From Podarcis tiliguerta (Eukaryota), in the NCBI GenBank assembly GCA_965153285.1, contig OZ229119.1: a DNA stretch of 64,000 bases. The stretch is one strand, 5' to 3'. Of the stretch, positions 23,312 through 36,694 are shown one piece after another. The first letter of the stretch is position 1. Each line of letters begins with the position of its first letter. Under the pieces are notes generated by a model. That model saw nothing but the letters and a program-made list of their open reading frames with translations. It made no database searches and had not been told where the DNA came from. Position numbers and translations under genes: made by a program.

Positions 23312-23732
23312 GTTTGTGCATGATATCTCTCTTCTTGCTCTTTGTAGTGTTGAGCACAAATTAAGGGACTTGCCTGTATAATTCCTAAAGTCCGGTTTTT
23401 ATCTGAGCTACATTCGTCTTCAGGCAGAACTGAGTATATTTTTTCAGAATGTTGGAATGTAAATGGAAACAGATGGCAAACGGATTTCTGTGATAAGGCA
23501 AAGAGGAGGTGAAGTTGTTGGGTGCAAGCAGGGCCCGAGTGATAAGCACTTCACCCCCGTGCTGGCCAGAATTTTGTGACATGTTGGTTTGGCTTAATTA
23601 AGGTATTGCCTATTAGTGGATGTTGAGGCCTTGGTGGAAAATAGCATGTACTGGATGCTGACTAAACAGCTACAAGTTTTATATTCTCAATATTAAAATG
23701 TTGTCTACTGTTCTTGGTGTTCCCATCTTCAG

Positions 23733-23864
23733 TTGTCTTCTATACCTGGGCTAGAAGATGTCAAGTTTGAAGTATCCAGCACCAGTGTCAACAGCGTTAC
23801 AAATGGCCCTGTCCCACAAGTCTCAATAGATCCACAGTCAACAAATGTATCTCCTCAGCTGGAG
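23733..23864 (+). CDS. WASHC3: WASHC3 exon 4 (LSSIPGLEDVKFEVSS...NVSPQLE)
   Basis: cttcag acceptor, GAG|gtaaaa donor; LSSIPGL motif; 3' boundary lies in a poorly conserved linker. Confidence 0.9.
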
Positions 23865-24211
23865 GTAAAAGATTGAGCTCTTCCTGACTTGTTTTTCCCC
23901 CCGTTTCTAGTTAGCCTTTCTAAAGCAAGCAATGACTTTGTTCACATGTGATTTGATTTGCTACTCACAGACCACAATCTGTAGTCAGGGTTTGTTTTTG
24001 GCTTACTGATTGTGGTTTGTTGGATCTGTGGTTTGGCCATAATTCATAGCCAGGGATTGTGGTTTGTTTCATCCATGCGCTAGAGAGGAGGAGCAAAACA
24101 GTCCCAATCTGTGTGCTTGTGCTAAACTTAACCATGGTTTACCATGATATGTGAACTGAGTCAATGTCTGCACATGTTTAAAGATTGGCACATAATGTTT
24201 TCTCTTTATAG

Positions 24212-24322
24212 CAAAGCACCGGTCATGAGATGGGGCAACAGAAGACGGAAGGAGCCACAGAAAATATCATCACAGTAGCAAAGGATCCCCGCTATGCAAG
24301 ATATCTCAAAATGGTTCAAGTG
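24212..24322 (+). CDS. WASHC3: WASHC3 exon 5 (QSTGHEMG...TVAKDPRYARYLKMVQV)
   Basis: tttatag acceptor, GTG|gtaaga donor; DPRYARYLKMVQV motif. Confidence 0.95.
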
Positions 24323-25777
24323 GTAAGACAGTTGTTCATCGGGCTTCATCAGACACCAAATTTGTGTGTATTCTGTATCAAGCAGCATTCCAAGTTAGCC
24401 CTTCTGGCTGTCCACTCTAACTTCTTTTTAACTAATCCTCTAACTTTTGATAAACTCCCTCTTCTGAAAGGGTATGTGATTCTGTTGGAATTGGTGGTGG
24501 TGGCTGTTGTCAATCAGTTCAGAACTCTATTTCTCGCCTGATGTAGACCCTACTTACAGTCATTTGTTGTATTTATGAATGTCTCTTTATCGTGATCTGA
24601 ATGTGCGTTTGCTCTTTCAGTGTGATGACAATTCAAATCATCTATAACTAATGGCTTTCCATCTCTGAACTTCCCCGTTTAATGTGTTTAGAGACCTCTG
24701 CAGCAGTTTCCGTGTTTGATGGCTCTGCGCCAGGCTTGATGGGAACAATATGTGTGAAAAGCCACTCAAGGATCAGTTTTGTTCCTTTTAGTTTGTTTCC
24801 ACTGATGTCCAGCCAAACCAGTTAAATTGCTCAACATGTGATGGACCTTTGCATCTAGAACATGCTTGCAAATGAGCTCTTTGTAAGCAGGCCCTGGCTT
24901 CTTTCCATTCTGATTGAGCCTCCAAGCCAGTTGTCTCATTAGCATTTCCTAACCTCCTGTTGATGAAAGGAATAGGAACAGAAGTCACTTTACTCTGAAT
25001 TAAACAGTAGTAATAGAAAAGAAAATTATGTGCCCAGAAAATTGCAGGTGAGCAGGCTGCTATTGTGCTTGTGCCTTGCTTGTGGGCTTCGAAAAAGCAT
25101 TTGTTGGCCGCTGTGAGAACAGGATGCTGGACTAGGCGGCCCACAGACCTGCTTCAGTAGGCTCTTCTTCTGTTCTTAATAAAAATTATGTGAAAAGGCA
25201 AGACTACGCCATTCACATTTTGTTTCTAGAAATAAGAGACAAAGGTATTCCGAATTTCTATGGATTAATGAAAGCAGGAGCGAATGCTTCTCTGTGAGAG
25301 GCCAAAGCCATTCAGTATTCTTATTCCACAAAGGTGTTTAGTGGGACAAGGGAGAGGCACATGCCCATATTTTCCTTAGCTGGAGCATAACATGGAAATA
25401 ACTCTTCACACATTTTCCTAACAGATGCTTTTTAGCCATGGCACCATGCAATTGGTCTTATTTTAACCAGCTATTGGCAAACTTGCCCCCCTCCATCTTT
25501 GGACCATGCTGTGCAGCCTTCCTGAAATTAAAATGGAACTAATGGCTTGATTTCCTTGCTTGTGCCCAACGGTTGCTGTTGAGTCAGGCTTCAATACAAA
25601 GCATTCAGATTCAGTATAGTTGTTAGGATATTCCACCAGACCTCTTTTGCTGGCCTGAACATTTTCCTGTGAATTGGGAGTGGCAAACTGGCGTTGTGTG
25701 GCTAGATAATTACCAGTGCACTTGGAAAGACTGATGTGGTGGCTGAAAGGACAGTGCTTGGCTGATAGTTCGCTCTG

Positions 25778-26019
25778 CAGTGGTACCTCGGGTTAAGTAC
25801 TTAATTCGTTCCGGAGGTCCATTCTTAACCTGAAACTGTTCTTAACCTGAAGCACCACTTTAGCTAATGGGGCCTCCTGCTGCTGCCGCGCCACCAGAGC
25901 ATGATTTCTGATCTTATCCTGAAGCAAAGTTCTTAACCTGAAGCACTATTTCTGGGTTAGTGGAGCCTGTAACCTGAAGCGTATGTAAACTGAAGCATAT
26001 GTAACCCAAGGTACCACTG
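25778..26019. mobile_element. Tigger-type MITE family A (WASHC3 intron 5)
   Basis: CAGTGGTACCT TIRs; same orientation as the 21629 copy. Confidence 0.9.
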
Positions 26020-26081
26020 TAATTCCCTTTTTTTGGTGATGGGATTTGTGATGGGGGTGGGTGGGGAAGACAACTTTCTGC

Positions 26082-26082
<1 letters not shown>

Positions 26083-26136
<54 letters not shown>

Positions 26137-26138
26137 AC
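26083..26138. repeat. Compound (TC)n(AC)n microsatellite
   Basis: Seen directly. Confidence 0.95.
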
Positions 26139-26314
26139 TTTTAGAATCTTAACCACATTATTTGAAATCTACCCTTCTTCTATAGAAAGGCTTCTTCTAT
26201 GTATGCCCCCTCCTCTTAGGTACAGCATATGAATGAGATGTTGGGCTGTTGAGGAGCACAGTAGTTTTATGTATATGTTACGGATGCATCAGGAAGCACA
26301 GCTTTACCCAAGTA

Positions 26315-26559
26315 CAGTGGTACCTCGGGTTACATACACTTCAGGTTACATATGCTTCAGGTTACAGACTCCGCTAACCCAGAAATATTACCTCGGGTTA
26401 AGAACTTTGCTTCAGGATGAGAACAGAAATCGTGCTCCGGTGGCGCGGCAGCAGCAGCGAGAGGCCCCATTAGCTAAAGTGGTGTCTCAGGTTAAGAACA
26501 GTTTCAGGTTAAGAACAGACATCTAGAACGAATTAAGTGCTTAACCCGAGGTACCACTA
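26315..26559. mobile_element. Tigger-type MITE family A, inverted relative to the 21629 and 25778 copies
   Basis: TA flanks and TIRs; internal sequence is the reverse complement of the neighbouring copy. Confidence 0.9.
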
Positions 26560-26649
26560 TAAAGCTACACATGAATTTTGGAGCCACAAAAAAGTGAGGA
26601 AAGCAGACATGCGCATGGTTTGTATTTCTTCTTTAGGAACATATAAGAA

Positions 26650-27085
26650 GTGCTTTGTATGAGATCAGGTTACCTGCATGAAGTAAGAAAAGTGGGCAGA
26701 GATTAGTTTTTCTCCCTCTCATAATACTAGAATCTACGGCCATCCAGTGAGAAGCTGAATGTTGGAAGATTCAGGGCAGACAAAAGAAAGGATGTCTTCA
26801 GACAGAACAGAGTTACGCAGCATAATTTGCTCTCATGGGATGCAGTGACGGCCACCAACTTGGAATAGTTTTTAAAGTGGATTAGACAAATTCCCAGAGG
26901 ATAAAGTGATCATTGGCTACTACCCATGATGGCTGTCTGCTGTTTCTAGTGTCAAAGGTTGCTGGGAATCAGAAAGTGGACGAGTTCTGTCACGCTTCCT
27001 CTTCTCCTAGGCTTCTGGTTGGCCACTGCAAGAACAGGATGCTCACCTAGCTGGACCTTTGGTGTGATCCAGCAGGTTTCTTACA
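26650..27085 (+). mobile_element. Old CR1-clade LINE 3' fragment
   Basis: GGAAGATTCAGGGCAGACAAAAGAAAG and GGATTAGACAAATTC motifs; 3' end shared with fragments near 11907, 19915, 25045 and 30630; boundaries approximate. Confidence 0.6.
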
Positions 27086-27458
27086 TTATTATCTGGCCCA
27101 GTATTATCTACTTCAGCTGGCTCAGGCTTTTCACATCATCTGCTGCCTGGTTGGTTGTTGTTTGTTTGAGATATAAGGGACTGGACCTGGGACATTCCAC
27201 ATCCCAACTTCTGAGTTCTGACATTGAGCTAAGGCTCCTCCCTTCCTTTGTGAGATCCAAATGTCTTCCAAGTGAGCTTTCTTAGTTTCATCTTCTGAAG
27301 CTACAGGAGGGTTGGGAAAACCAATGATGTGAGTTATTTACAGTTCAGCTCTTCCTGCTTTTTTTGTAATGTTTGAAACAGTATTCTGTTCAAAGCTGAT
27401 GATTGTAGTTCTCATGACAGTCACACCAGTGACATCTATGTATCCTCCATGTAGACAG

Positions 27459-27497
27459 CACTGTCAAAAGGTTGTAGCCACTGTCAAAAGGTTGTAG
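27459..27497. repeat. 20-bp tandem duplication
   Basis: CACTGTCAAAAGGTTGTAG repeated at a 20-bp period. Confidence 0.85.
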
Positions 27498-29940
27498 AGG
27501 AGCAAGCTTATTGTGAGCTGGCTTGAACAGAAATTTCTTTGTGGGAAAGTGGCAAAAAAGTCTAACAAACATGGACCAGCAGAACTTTGTGGCCCCAATC
27601 CAAGTTAGACGTAGTTAAGCCAATGCACCTGATTCTGTGTTGGAATGTAGCCTTATAGCATAGCTGTGAGATTTAAGGGCAGCTTCTTCCACCCCCGTAG
27701 AGCTTGAGTTTAGGCTTCTTGTGTGCAAGTTAGGAGCTGCAGGTAAGCCACTATGGAGATGAATATATCTTGACCTGGTAGCCTAGGAATTGGGACAACC
27801 CAGCTATAAAGATTGAAGCAATATCAATGATGGCAAAAATCCAAGAGAAGCAAATTGCTTCAGTGGGTGTAACGGGTTCAAATGTTTGGTGGAAACATCA
27901 GAAAACAAAGAGAATGAAAATTGTAGCAGTAAGCAAGCCAGTTCTGACCCTTAAGACAGATAAGCTTTCTCTTAAATTGCGAGGGAACATTGATTCTCAA
28001 GTTAAAGGTGGGTCTGGAAGTAAATGATCTTCCATTTGGGACAACTACTCCACCTGTTTCATAAAACCCTAAGCTGACTGTTTATAGGCCTCCAGGATAT
28101 GATCTTAAATTCCTCTCGCATTAGTTATGTAATACAGCTTGTGTCTTTTATTTGATTATAAATCATTTTAGTGCCGTATGTATGTTAGATAAAGTTTTTG
28201 GCAAGTAAAAAACCTCTACTGCATCAAAGCATAGGTATGTAGGTGTGGGTCTCATCTTCTCAATTTCTTACTTCATATTTCCCATGACACTTTCTGGGGT
28301 TGAATCTTGGGTGATAAACTTTCAATTCTTCTCTCCCCCGCCCCCCCACGCCAGTTCAGCAATTATTAAAAGCTCAGAAATGGGAAGAAAATATTGGGGG
28401 AGTGGTGTGGCTCAGATGCTTTGCATGCAGAAGGTCACAGGTTCAATTCCTGCTTACCCCAGGAAGGAATGGGAAAATTCCCTGCATGAAACCATAGGGA
28501 GCTGCTACCAGTCAGTGTAGGCAATACCAGCTATATGCATAAATGGTTTGGCTCAATATAAGGAAGCTTCTTATGTTCCTGTGACACTTGCAAGGTGACA
28601 TAAACCGGGGTATGATCTATCCAGCGTACAGTTTGATGGAGACCTCTGAAACAGAGAGCTTTATGTAAGATGGTTCCCCTCTACTACAGTCTTGCATAAC
28701 TTTTTCAGCTGCAGTTCTTACATGCTATTCTGTTTCCTGGCTAACAGTTGTTTGCTATTTCTTCCATTGGCCTTTTTTCATATTTCATAATAATTGTTCC
28801 CATTGTAAGATACAAAACGTTCTGGATAACAGAATCCTCAACACGTCCCGCCCCCCCTAAAAAAAAAATCTAGCTTCCATACTTTGGCTTACATTTTCCA
28901 TATGGCATATGGTAATTCCCAGTTATAAAAGATCTGTGTGACTCCTGGTAATTACAGTTCTGTAGATCCCCACTATTAAACTGCTGAGTTTAATTGTTTT
29001 TATTGGAGATAGCCAGTTTATATAAAGGTGGGGGGAAGCCCCAAATACAGATGCACACAGGAAAATATTAATCACCGAATTAGCATCACTATTGCTCTGC
29101 CAGCCTTAACCACTCTCTCCACTTTCATGTGTGGCGCTAGTACAGACACGCTTCTCTGAAACACCCGCCATGGCTCCTTTCTCCTTACCTTGGCCAAAGT
29201 ACATTTGCTCAATGCCAAAACCAACCACGCACTACTGTTCACTTAGAGTTTGAGGTCTCTCACGTCCTTTTCAGACCTCCAGTAGACCTTGGAACTCAGA
29301 AATTGGACTCTCTTTTTTTCGTTTTTGACCTTTTGCATCAATGATGGCAAAGCAACAAGTTCTCTTTGAGCCTCAGTGGCAGGAACACAGGAGCCAATTC
29401 TGTTAGAACACCCCTAGCAGAGAGAGTTTGGACTTTCACAAACTGTTCTCTAGGATCCTACAAGAAAATATGAAGGGAAGATGTTTGAGACTTAGGGAAA
29501 TGGACCACAAGTAGTGGGAGAGCTTGCAGTGAAAGGTCATTTTCATATGCATAGTTGTCTAAAACGTACCTTTGTGCTAGCCCATATTTAAATGTTGATC
29601 TTGTGATGCTAGATTTGGATAATTCTGTCTAAGGAGCCTCCTCTTGTTATCAAGAAAGTGCTGAGGGGAGCTGCAGGAGAGTAGCATAGTTACAAATTGC
29701 AAGATGAATGAAGCTATTTTTCTGAGATTTCACAAAAATAAAAATTCAGTTGATGGATGGAATTAACTGCTGGCCCAGCAGGTGGGAAGTCAGTCTAGAG
29801 GTGTTTAAACAGAAAAAACATTAACAACAACAACCACCCATCCATTTATAACCTACTTTGGGTTACTCCAGCCACAAAAGCTTGGTAGCCTAATACCTGT
29901 ACTTATGACCTAGGTAGAAGATGAGTCACAACCTCTACAC

Positions 29941-30075
29941 CAGCCTTTCTCAACCTGTGGGTCCCCAGATGTTGAACTACAACTCCCATCACCCCTAGCT
30001 AGCAAGGCCAGAGCTCAGGGATGATGGGAGTTGTAGTCCACTAACATCTGGGGACGCACAGGTTGAGAACCGCTG
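29941..30075. mobile_element. hAT-type palindromic MITE
   Basis: CAGCCTTTCTCAACCTGTG / CACAGGTTGAGAACCGCTG TIRs; 8-bp TSD CTCTACAC/TTCTACAC. Confidence 0.85.
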
Positions 30076-31492
30076 TTCTACACCTTCCAGCAACATCAGC
30101 TAAACAATTTTATTGGAAAGGACAGTTTCATTACGTATATAAAGATAAGTGGTTTCCTGTTAGTAGGATTATGACATGATCCCACCTCTGCATGTTGTGA
30201 TTTTGGAATCATAATGGCTAATCCCAGTTTCCAGTTGCTGCAAGCAAACTGATGAGAAGAACTGCACAGGTAGAGATATATTCTGGCCGAAGAATGGTCA
30301 CAGATATTCAAAAGGTCCAGGACCTGGCCACTGTACTACACATGTTAGTCCTGTTCTTCACATCTCATTTAGCTGGCTACTGGTTATAAAGAAGAGGCTG
30401 AAAGCAATGTGCAGAGCTTGAACGTTGGTCTGCCATCGCTGCATCCATTTCTTTTTCTCCTTCCTGCATCCACATCTTGGTTTCTTTGACTCCATTGCCG
30501 TGGTCACCTTTCCTAACTCCAGCCATTTTTACACTGATAACTTGGACTGATGTTTGAGCATAATTTATTTAGTGCCTGGAGTGCATTGCTGACCATCTCT
30601 TGCATCTTTTTGTGGGGCAATGGAGAATTCAAGAAAGAGCCCTGCTGGGTTGGACAGAATGCCTGTCTCATTCAGCCTTCTACTCCTGCAGTGGGAATGG
30701 AAGCACAAGACCCGTAGCATGCTTCCACTCATGGAACTGGCATTCAGAGGCATTCTGCTTCCAACCTTGGAGTCGATATAGCCATTGTGATCAGTCCATA
30801 AATTTGTCTAATCCCCATTAAAACTCATCCAAGATGATCGCCATCACTGCATCTTGTGGAAGGGAGTCCATCGTTTAATTTTGTTCATCCTGAATCTCCC
30901 ACCATTCAGTTTCATTGAATGACTCTGAGTTCTAGTATTATTGGGGGAGGGCATTCTCTATCCACTTGATCTGCACCATGCATAATTCACCTTTAACCCC
31001 TCCCCCCCCAATTTTTCTAACCAAAAAAGCCCAAGATCTTGCCTCGTAGGGGAGCTCCTCCAGCCCCTTGATTGTTTTGGTTGCCCTTTTCTGTACCTTT
31101 TTCAGCTTGACAGTGTCCCTTTTTGAGGAGGGAGAAACTCACATGGGCATTGCAGACATGTAAGAGATATTCCACAGCAGCAAACTTCTCTAGGTGTTTG
31201 AAAATGAAAGAAAATGGTATGCTAGCTACAGCCTCTGAAGTAAACCAAAGTTATTCAGAAATGTAATTCTGTTTTTCAGCAACTTCTACTCCCAAACTTT
31301 CTATAGGGGCATCCATAGGAAATGTGGCCTTCGATCACCTTCCTGCTGTCAACAAAATCGGTTTCTCAGATCAGAGCTTTTTCCCTTAACATTTTTGTGT
31401 TTACTCTTTATTCATTAAAACGCTGCGATTTTGATGTGACTCCGTTATACAGTGCTTTTCTAGACTTTTATCGTTCTTTTTCCCCTCCGTAG

Positions 31493-31557
31493 GGTGTTCC
31501 TGTAATGGCAATAAGAAACAAAATGATTTCTGAAGGATTGAACCCAGATCTTCTTGA
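31493..31557 (+). CDS. WASHC3: WASHC3 exon 6 (GVPVMAIRNKMISEGLNPDLLE)
   Basis: ccgtag acceptor, GA|gtaagt donor; matches human. Confidence 0.96.
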
Positions 31558-32630
31558 GTAAGTGACAACTACTTGCATATTATGTGTGCGGAGACAGGAC
31601 AGAGTTGGCGCTTGCAATGGGGGATAGAAATGTGTATCTTGGTCATTTGGAAGCTTCAGGGGAAAAAATCTAATTTGAAATAAACTTGCAAGGCTGAAAA
31701 AGCTAGTACACCTAAAACATCAGGGCAAGCATTTCTGGTTTCATGACGGAACAATCTTCTGAATTCCACCTTAATTCTTTCCCAGTCAGGTTTTAGTTAA
31801 GGCTATCCCCACTCCCTAAGCAGCAGGATTACCTCTCCCACTGAACACCTTTAATGGCTTGAGGATATTATCTTACTTTCTTCTAGACATTAGCCACAGT
31901 TAAGCATGGCTGGGGTTTTCCCACTGTTGGTGATAGAACAGCTTATACATGCAGGTCCACCTCTTTATTGCCACCATTTTAAAGGAGAATAGATAAAATT
32001 TTAGAGATTTGTTTTACTATCAACAGAGAGAGAAAAGAATTGGCTCACTTATTTGGGATTGAAACCCAACAGAAGCTTCAGTTCCTTGTCAACAGAAGAG
32101 CTACAGGTAGCCTGATCCCAAAATTTAACTGTGCCGCCTATAATAAAAGCGAAGGATGAGGCATACCTATTGATTTTCATAACCCATGGTGTTCAAGAAA
32201 GATTCTCTGGTGCATATATTCTGGATTCCAAAATCAATGTTCTCAGACATAATGAAACGGTATAACTCCATCTTAGAACATACCCAAAATCCTAGAATTC
32301 CGACTTCTAAATACATATCCTGACCAGCCCCTAAGCTGCCCACACTTCTCCCTGGCTCCCCACATCAGTAATGTTACAGGGGCCACAACAAACTCTAATA
32401 GGACTCTGTATCCCTTTCACTAACACCAGTAGGGCTAGGACCTGTCCTTGAGAGAGTGTCTTGGACCTTTACAATTGATAGGTCTATTACCATTGCATGT
32501 GCAGATAACCCTACAGGCTGAGAAGTGTTGTCCTGCACGATGTACTAATAACTACAGCAACAGTACTTGGCCTTTATGCTGTGCTTTTGGGGTGTTCAAA
32601 GAGCTTTGCATCCATTGTCAGTCATCTTTA

Positions 32631-32986
32631 AAGGTAAAGGTACCCCTGCCCGTATGGGCCAGTCTTGACAGACTCTAGGGTTGTGCGCCCATCTCACTCA
32701 AGAGGCCGGGGGCCAGCGCTGTCCGGAGACACTTCCAGGTCACGTGGCCAGCATGACATCGCTTCTCTGGCAAGCCAGAGCCGCACACGGAACGCCGTTT
32801 ACCTTCCCGCTAGTAAGCGGTCCCTATTTATCTACTTGCCCCCGGGGGTGCTTTCGAACTGCTAGGTTGGCAGGCGCTGGGACCGAGCAACGGGAGCGCA
32901 CCCCGCCGCGGGGATTCGAACCGCCGACCTTTCGATCGGCAAGCCCTAGGCGCTGAGGCTTTTACCCACAGCGCCACCCGCATCCC
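32631..32986 (-). mobile_element. Full-length Sauria SINE (WASHC3 intron 6)
   Basis: A and B boxes on the minus strand, (ACCTTT)n tail; perfect 16-bp TSD TTGTCAGTCATCTTTA at 32615-32630 and 32989-33004. Confidence 0.93.
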
Positions 32987-33490
32987 TTTTGTCAGTCATC
33001 TTTAGAGCAACCCTATAAAGTCAGCCAATATTATCACGCCACTGCAACAGAACAGCAGCTGAAAGCTACCTCAGTGAGCTAAGTGAGATTTGGATGGGAC
33101 ATCCCCACCTCACTTCCAAGGTTTTCTGGATTTTGCATCCAAAGAGGGATCTCTGAAATTATACCCCCTTCCTATGGGAAACTAGTCTGCTGCAGTACAA
33201 ACACCTCCTGCCTACCTAGGAACTTGTCAGTCGACTTCATATAGGTAATGATGTAGGCATTGCCTATGAAAGCCCAGAGTAAACCTCTGAAGTCTGTACG
33301 GTTAGGAAGCATGTTTTGCTGCTGTGTAACAACACAACTGCTCTTCTGAAAGTAGCTGCAGCATTGACACTTAACATGTCTTCTAGCATTGCACGTGATC
33401 ATAGAATCATAGAGTTGGGAGGGACCCCCCCCCCCCGAGGGTCATCGAGTCCAACCCCCTAAGTTGTGGCTTCTTATCTTTCCCTTGCAG

Positions 33491-33575
33491 GACACCAGAT
33501 GCTGCAGTGCCTACCTGGGGAGGGGAGGCAAATGCAGAAGACAGTTCTGACAGTGAATCCTCATTTAGTGACTGA
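33491..33575 (+). CDS. WASHC3: WASHC3 last coding exon (TPDAAVPTWGGEANAEDSSDSESSFSD*)
   Basis: ttgcag acceptor; conserved SSDSESSFSD end; total CDS 609 nt = 202 aa. Confidence 0.95.
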
Positions 33576-34640
33576 CCGCGCTGATCCAGGTGCATTTTTC
33601 CTTAAGAGCCCTCTTCGCAAGTGCTTGTGTACAAAACTTAAATCTGAAAGATTTCCTGATAGCTTGAGCCATAGAAAGTATTCTTCTTTAAAGGAATTGC
33701 TACTTTGCACTGGGGTCTTTGCATCGTCTTCCTCAGAGTTTTGAATGAAGGCCCAGTCTGTCCTGAAGGGACTGACAAGATGTGCTGTTACTTACGACAT
33801 GATGGCCCTGATCTATTGTTCCAAGGAAGCTCAGGGTAAACTTGGGGCAGGTGGGAGAGTAAGTAGACCATGCAAGCACGGCAGGTGGGAACAAGTGTAC
33901 CAGCTCTGTCACTTTCACCCTCCACAAGTTCTGCAGATGACCAACTCTAGCGGGGAGCCTCCTGCATTTGTGGATTTGTGTACATTCCCTGTGCCACGTA
34001 GAACCCTGATCTTCCTACACTGCAAGGAGATGGGTGCCCTCTTATTCATGAATGGGGATCGGGACAGAGAGCAGAGCTAGCGTGCTCATTCTTGCTCTCT
34101 CCACTGGCTTTTCTGCTTATTTGTGAGTAAGGCACCCGAGAACAGCTTTGCATTTCTGATGAAGCCAAGGTATTTCTTTGGACAATACTTACAGCCTTTT
34201 AAATTACCTCTTTATGACTGGATTCCTCTACCCCTCCCTTCCTGGCAACTGTCTATATTAAGAATGCTGCTAATGCTGTTTCCTACACTGCTTTTCTTTT
34301 TAATCCTCCAGTATCGAATGAGAATTGAAAGCACCAATTGCTTGCTGCAAATATTATATTTGTCCCAGTGGTCTAAGAGCTGTGGGTACGAAGGGCAGTG
34401 ACAGAAAGACTGAGGGTGGAAGATGGTGGCTCTTTCCACGAGCATCTCACACAAATCACACAGCATTGCTGCTACATACCACCAAATTTTTTTTTCAGTG
34501 GAGATCCCATACTAGGTGCGTGCAAATCTTAAGGTAGCTCAGCGGCAAATTTTTTGCGTATTGTATCACTGCCATCGTAGTCAGCAAGCGACTTCTGTGG
34601 GTTATATCTTGTTTAGAATGTCACTCGTAATTATAATAGA

Positions 34641-34654
34641 AATAAAGAAATAAA
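34641..34654 (+). terminator. Candidate WASHC3 polyadenylation signals (tandem AATAAA)
   Basis: AATAAAGAAATAAA about 1.07 kb after the stop. Confidence 0.6.
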
Positions 34655-36092
34655 GGTCCATGTTACTTAGGAGAGTATAGCTCTAAATTCTGATGGGTAA
34701 GAAAGTTATTTTAATGCAATAGCAAAGACTTCCATGGCTTACAATTTTGAAAGATAGATACAACTAGCAAGGAGATTATCTTGTTTTCAAAAGCTTATTC
34801 AGGAAAGCAACACTCACAGAAACTGAGACCTACCATTTATTTCAAAGCATGAGTTGCCTTATAGAGGGATCTGATTAAAAAGAAGGGGCAGCCCTGTCTT
34901 AAATGAAAAACAGCCTTTTAAGATCAAAATGCAATAGTACGTTACAAGACTGCATAAACTTTCAGAGGTCTTTTTTTGTGCAAGATTGGCTTGCCTCACT
35001 GCCTGGTGAATTTCACTAGTGATGTTAAGAACCACTTCACTTTATGGATTTAGAGCATTTCTTAAGTGTGCACACAGTGTACACTAAAATACTCAAAAAA
35101 GAACGCTAATGCCCTTCCACCCCATATATGCGTAGCAGGGATCTGCAGTTGTCCGTGACTTCCCAATGTGGCGTAGAGAGGTGTAAACTGGCCCTCAGCT
35201 TTTGTCCTTCACCTTTTCTCCCAGCCCACCAGTGTTTTCTCACACTACCATTCTGAATTTGCTGCGCATGTGCTAGCGCCGTTGTGCTTTCAGCAAATGC
35301 CAGGATAGCCATTTATACATCAAAATCAGATCTGAGTATGAGCCAAGAAAGGCCGGGGATGCACACGCCTCTTGGTTAGGAGAGTTCTGGCTGCAGGTGT
35401 GAAGCAGAATCTCATGCAATTCTTCTGATTGGAACAAGACATTCCGGGACATTTGTTTTTTCCCGAAAATATTTCGGAATAGATCAAGACATTTTGTTTC
35501 AAGCAACAAATCTAAGATGTAACCTTTGTCTTGGTCTTCATTAACCTGGTCTTCAGCAAAATGCAACTAGTATTAACAGTGTCTGCTTTGTCAGCCATAA
35601 ATAATCAATCATGTACTATTTACCATGCTGCCTAAAAACACATATTGTATACTACAACACTCAGAAGTGGATTCTGTATATTTGAAAAACATGCATCTAT
35701 AATTAAAATTATGTTTTGTAAGCAAATGTTTGATTCTTTGTGCCACGTGTAGATAAAATTGCATGTTTTGATGCTGCCTTATTAATTTTTATTGTCACTA
35801 AAGTGCACTGCAAGAACATTTGAAACTATCCTTCTCCAGAAGTCAAGGGAGATAAGAGTCCGAGAAAGATTGCTTAGCAGCAGAGAGATTTGTTACATCT
35901 GCAGGCAGACAGCATTTGAAACCGTGCAGTGGAGTCTAGAAATACTATTTTTCTGCACTAATTAGTTATAAATGCAGTCAGGTATTGTTTATGTCAGTTT
36001 TCAGCTGGAGAACATTGGTGGTTGATTTCAGAAATTCTCAAACTTTAAAGGAAAAGGTGGCTTCACTGTATGTGGATTAATGATGCAATGTA

Positions 36093-36339
36093 ATGGTGTA
36101 GTGGTTAAGAGCGGTAGACTCCTAATCTGGGGAACCGGGTTCGAGTCTCCGCTCCTCCACGTGCTGCTGCTGGGTGACCTTGGGCCAGTCACACTTCTTT
36201 GAAGTCTCTCAGCCCCACTCACCCCACAGAGTGTTTGTTGTGGGGGAGGAAGGGAAAGGAGAATGTTAGCCGCTTTGAGACTCCTGAAGGGGAGTGAAAG
36301 GCGGGATATCAAATCCAAACTCTTCTTCTTCTTCTTCTT
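36093..36339 (+). mobile_element. tRNA-derived CORE-type SINE (Squam3-like) with (TTC)n tail
   Basis: TGGTGTAGTGG A-box, GGTTCGAGTC B-box, GTGACCTTGGGCCAGTCAC core; further copies at 44777-45025 (-) and 49726-49813. Confidence 0.85.
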
Positions 36340-36694
36340 AATTCCCTCCAATGTTTTTTGTAAGTATTACTGTTAATGCAAAACACAAAAAGCCTGCAGC
36401 TATTATTTAGAAACACAACAAAAACAGAATAAAGCAACCTGAGTGATTCCAGTATTTTAACAAATAATATCGTTTGATACAGTTTGACCTATTTTAGGAA
36501 GATGCAGATTATTATACGTCTCTCATCAAATGAGGAAGAAATTGCACCGTTTCAACAATATAAATCAGTTTGCCAGTTTAGTTCAAACCATGGTTTGCTG
36601 TAATGTTTGTTTGAATTAAATCAAAATTAAGCACTTATATCACAATATTCGATGTAGATGTATATGCCCCCCCCATAAGAAATTAGTAGCAATA

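Noticed and set aside
35273-35566. 97-aa minus-strand ORF with protein-like composition
   Set aside because: Starts at TTG just after a stop, has no convincing splice sites and no recognisable family.
36093-36160. tRNA-like sequences with A/B boxes (also 13801, 28400, 46936, 62829)
   Set aside because: They are SINE heads continuing into SINE bodies and tails, not tRNA genes.
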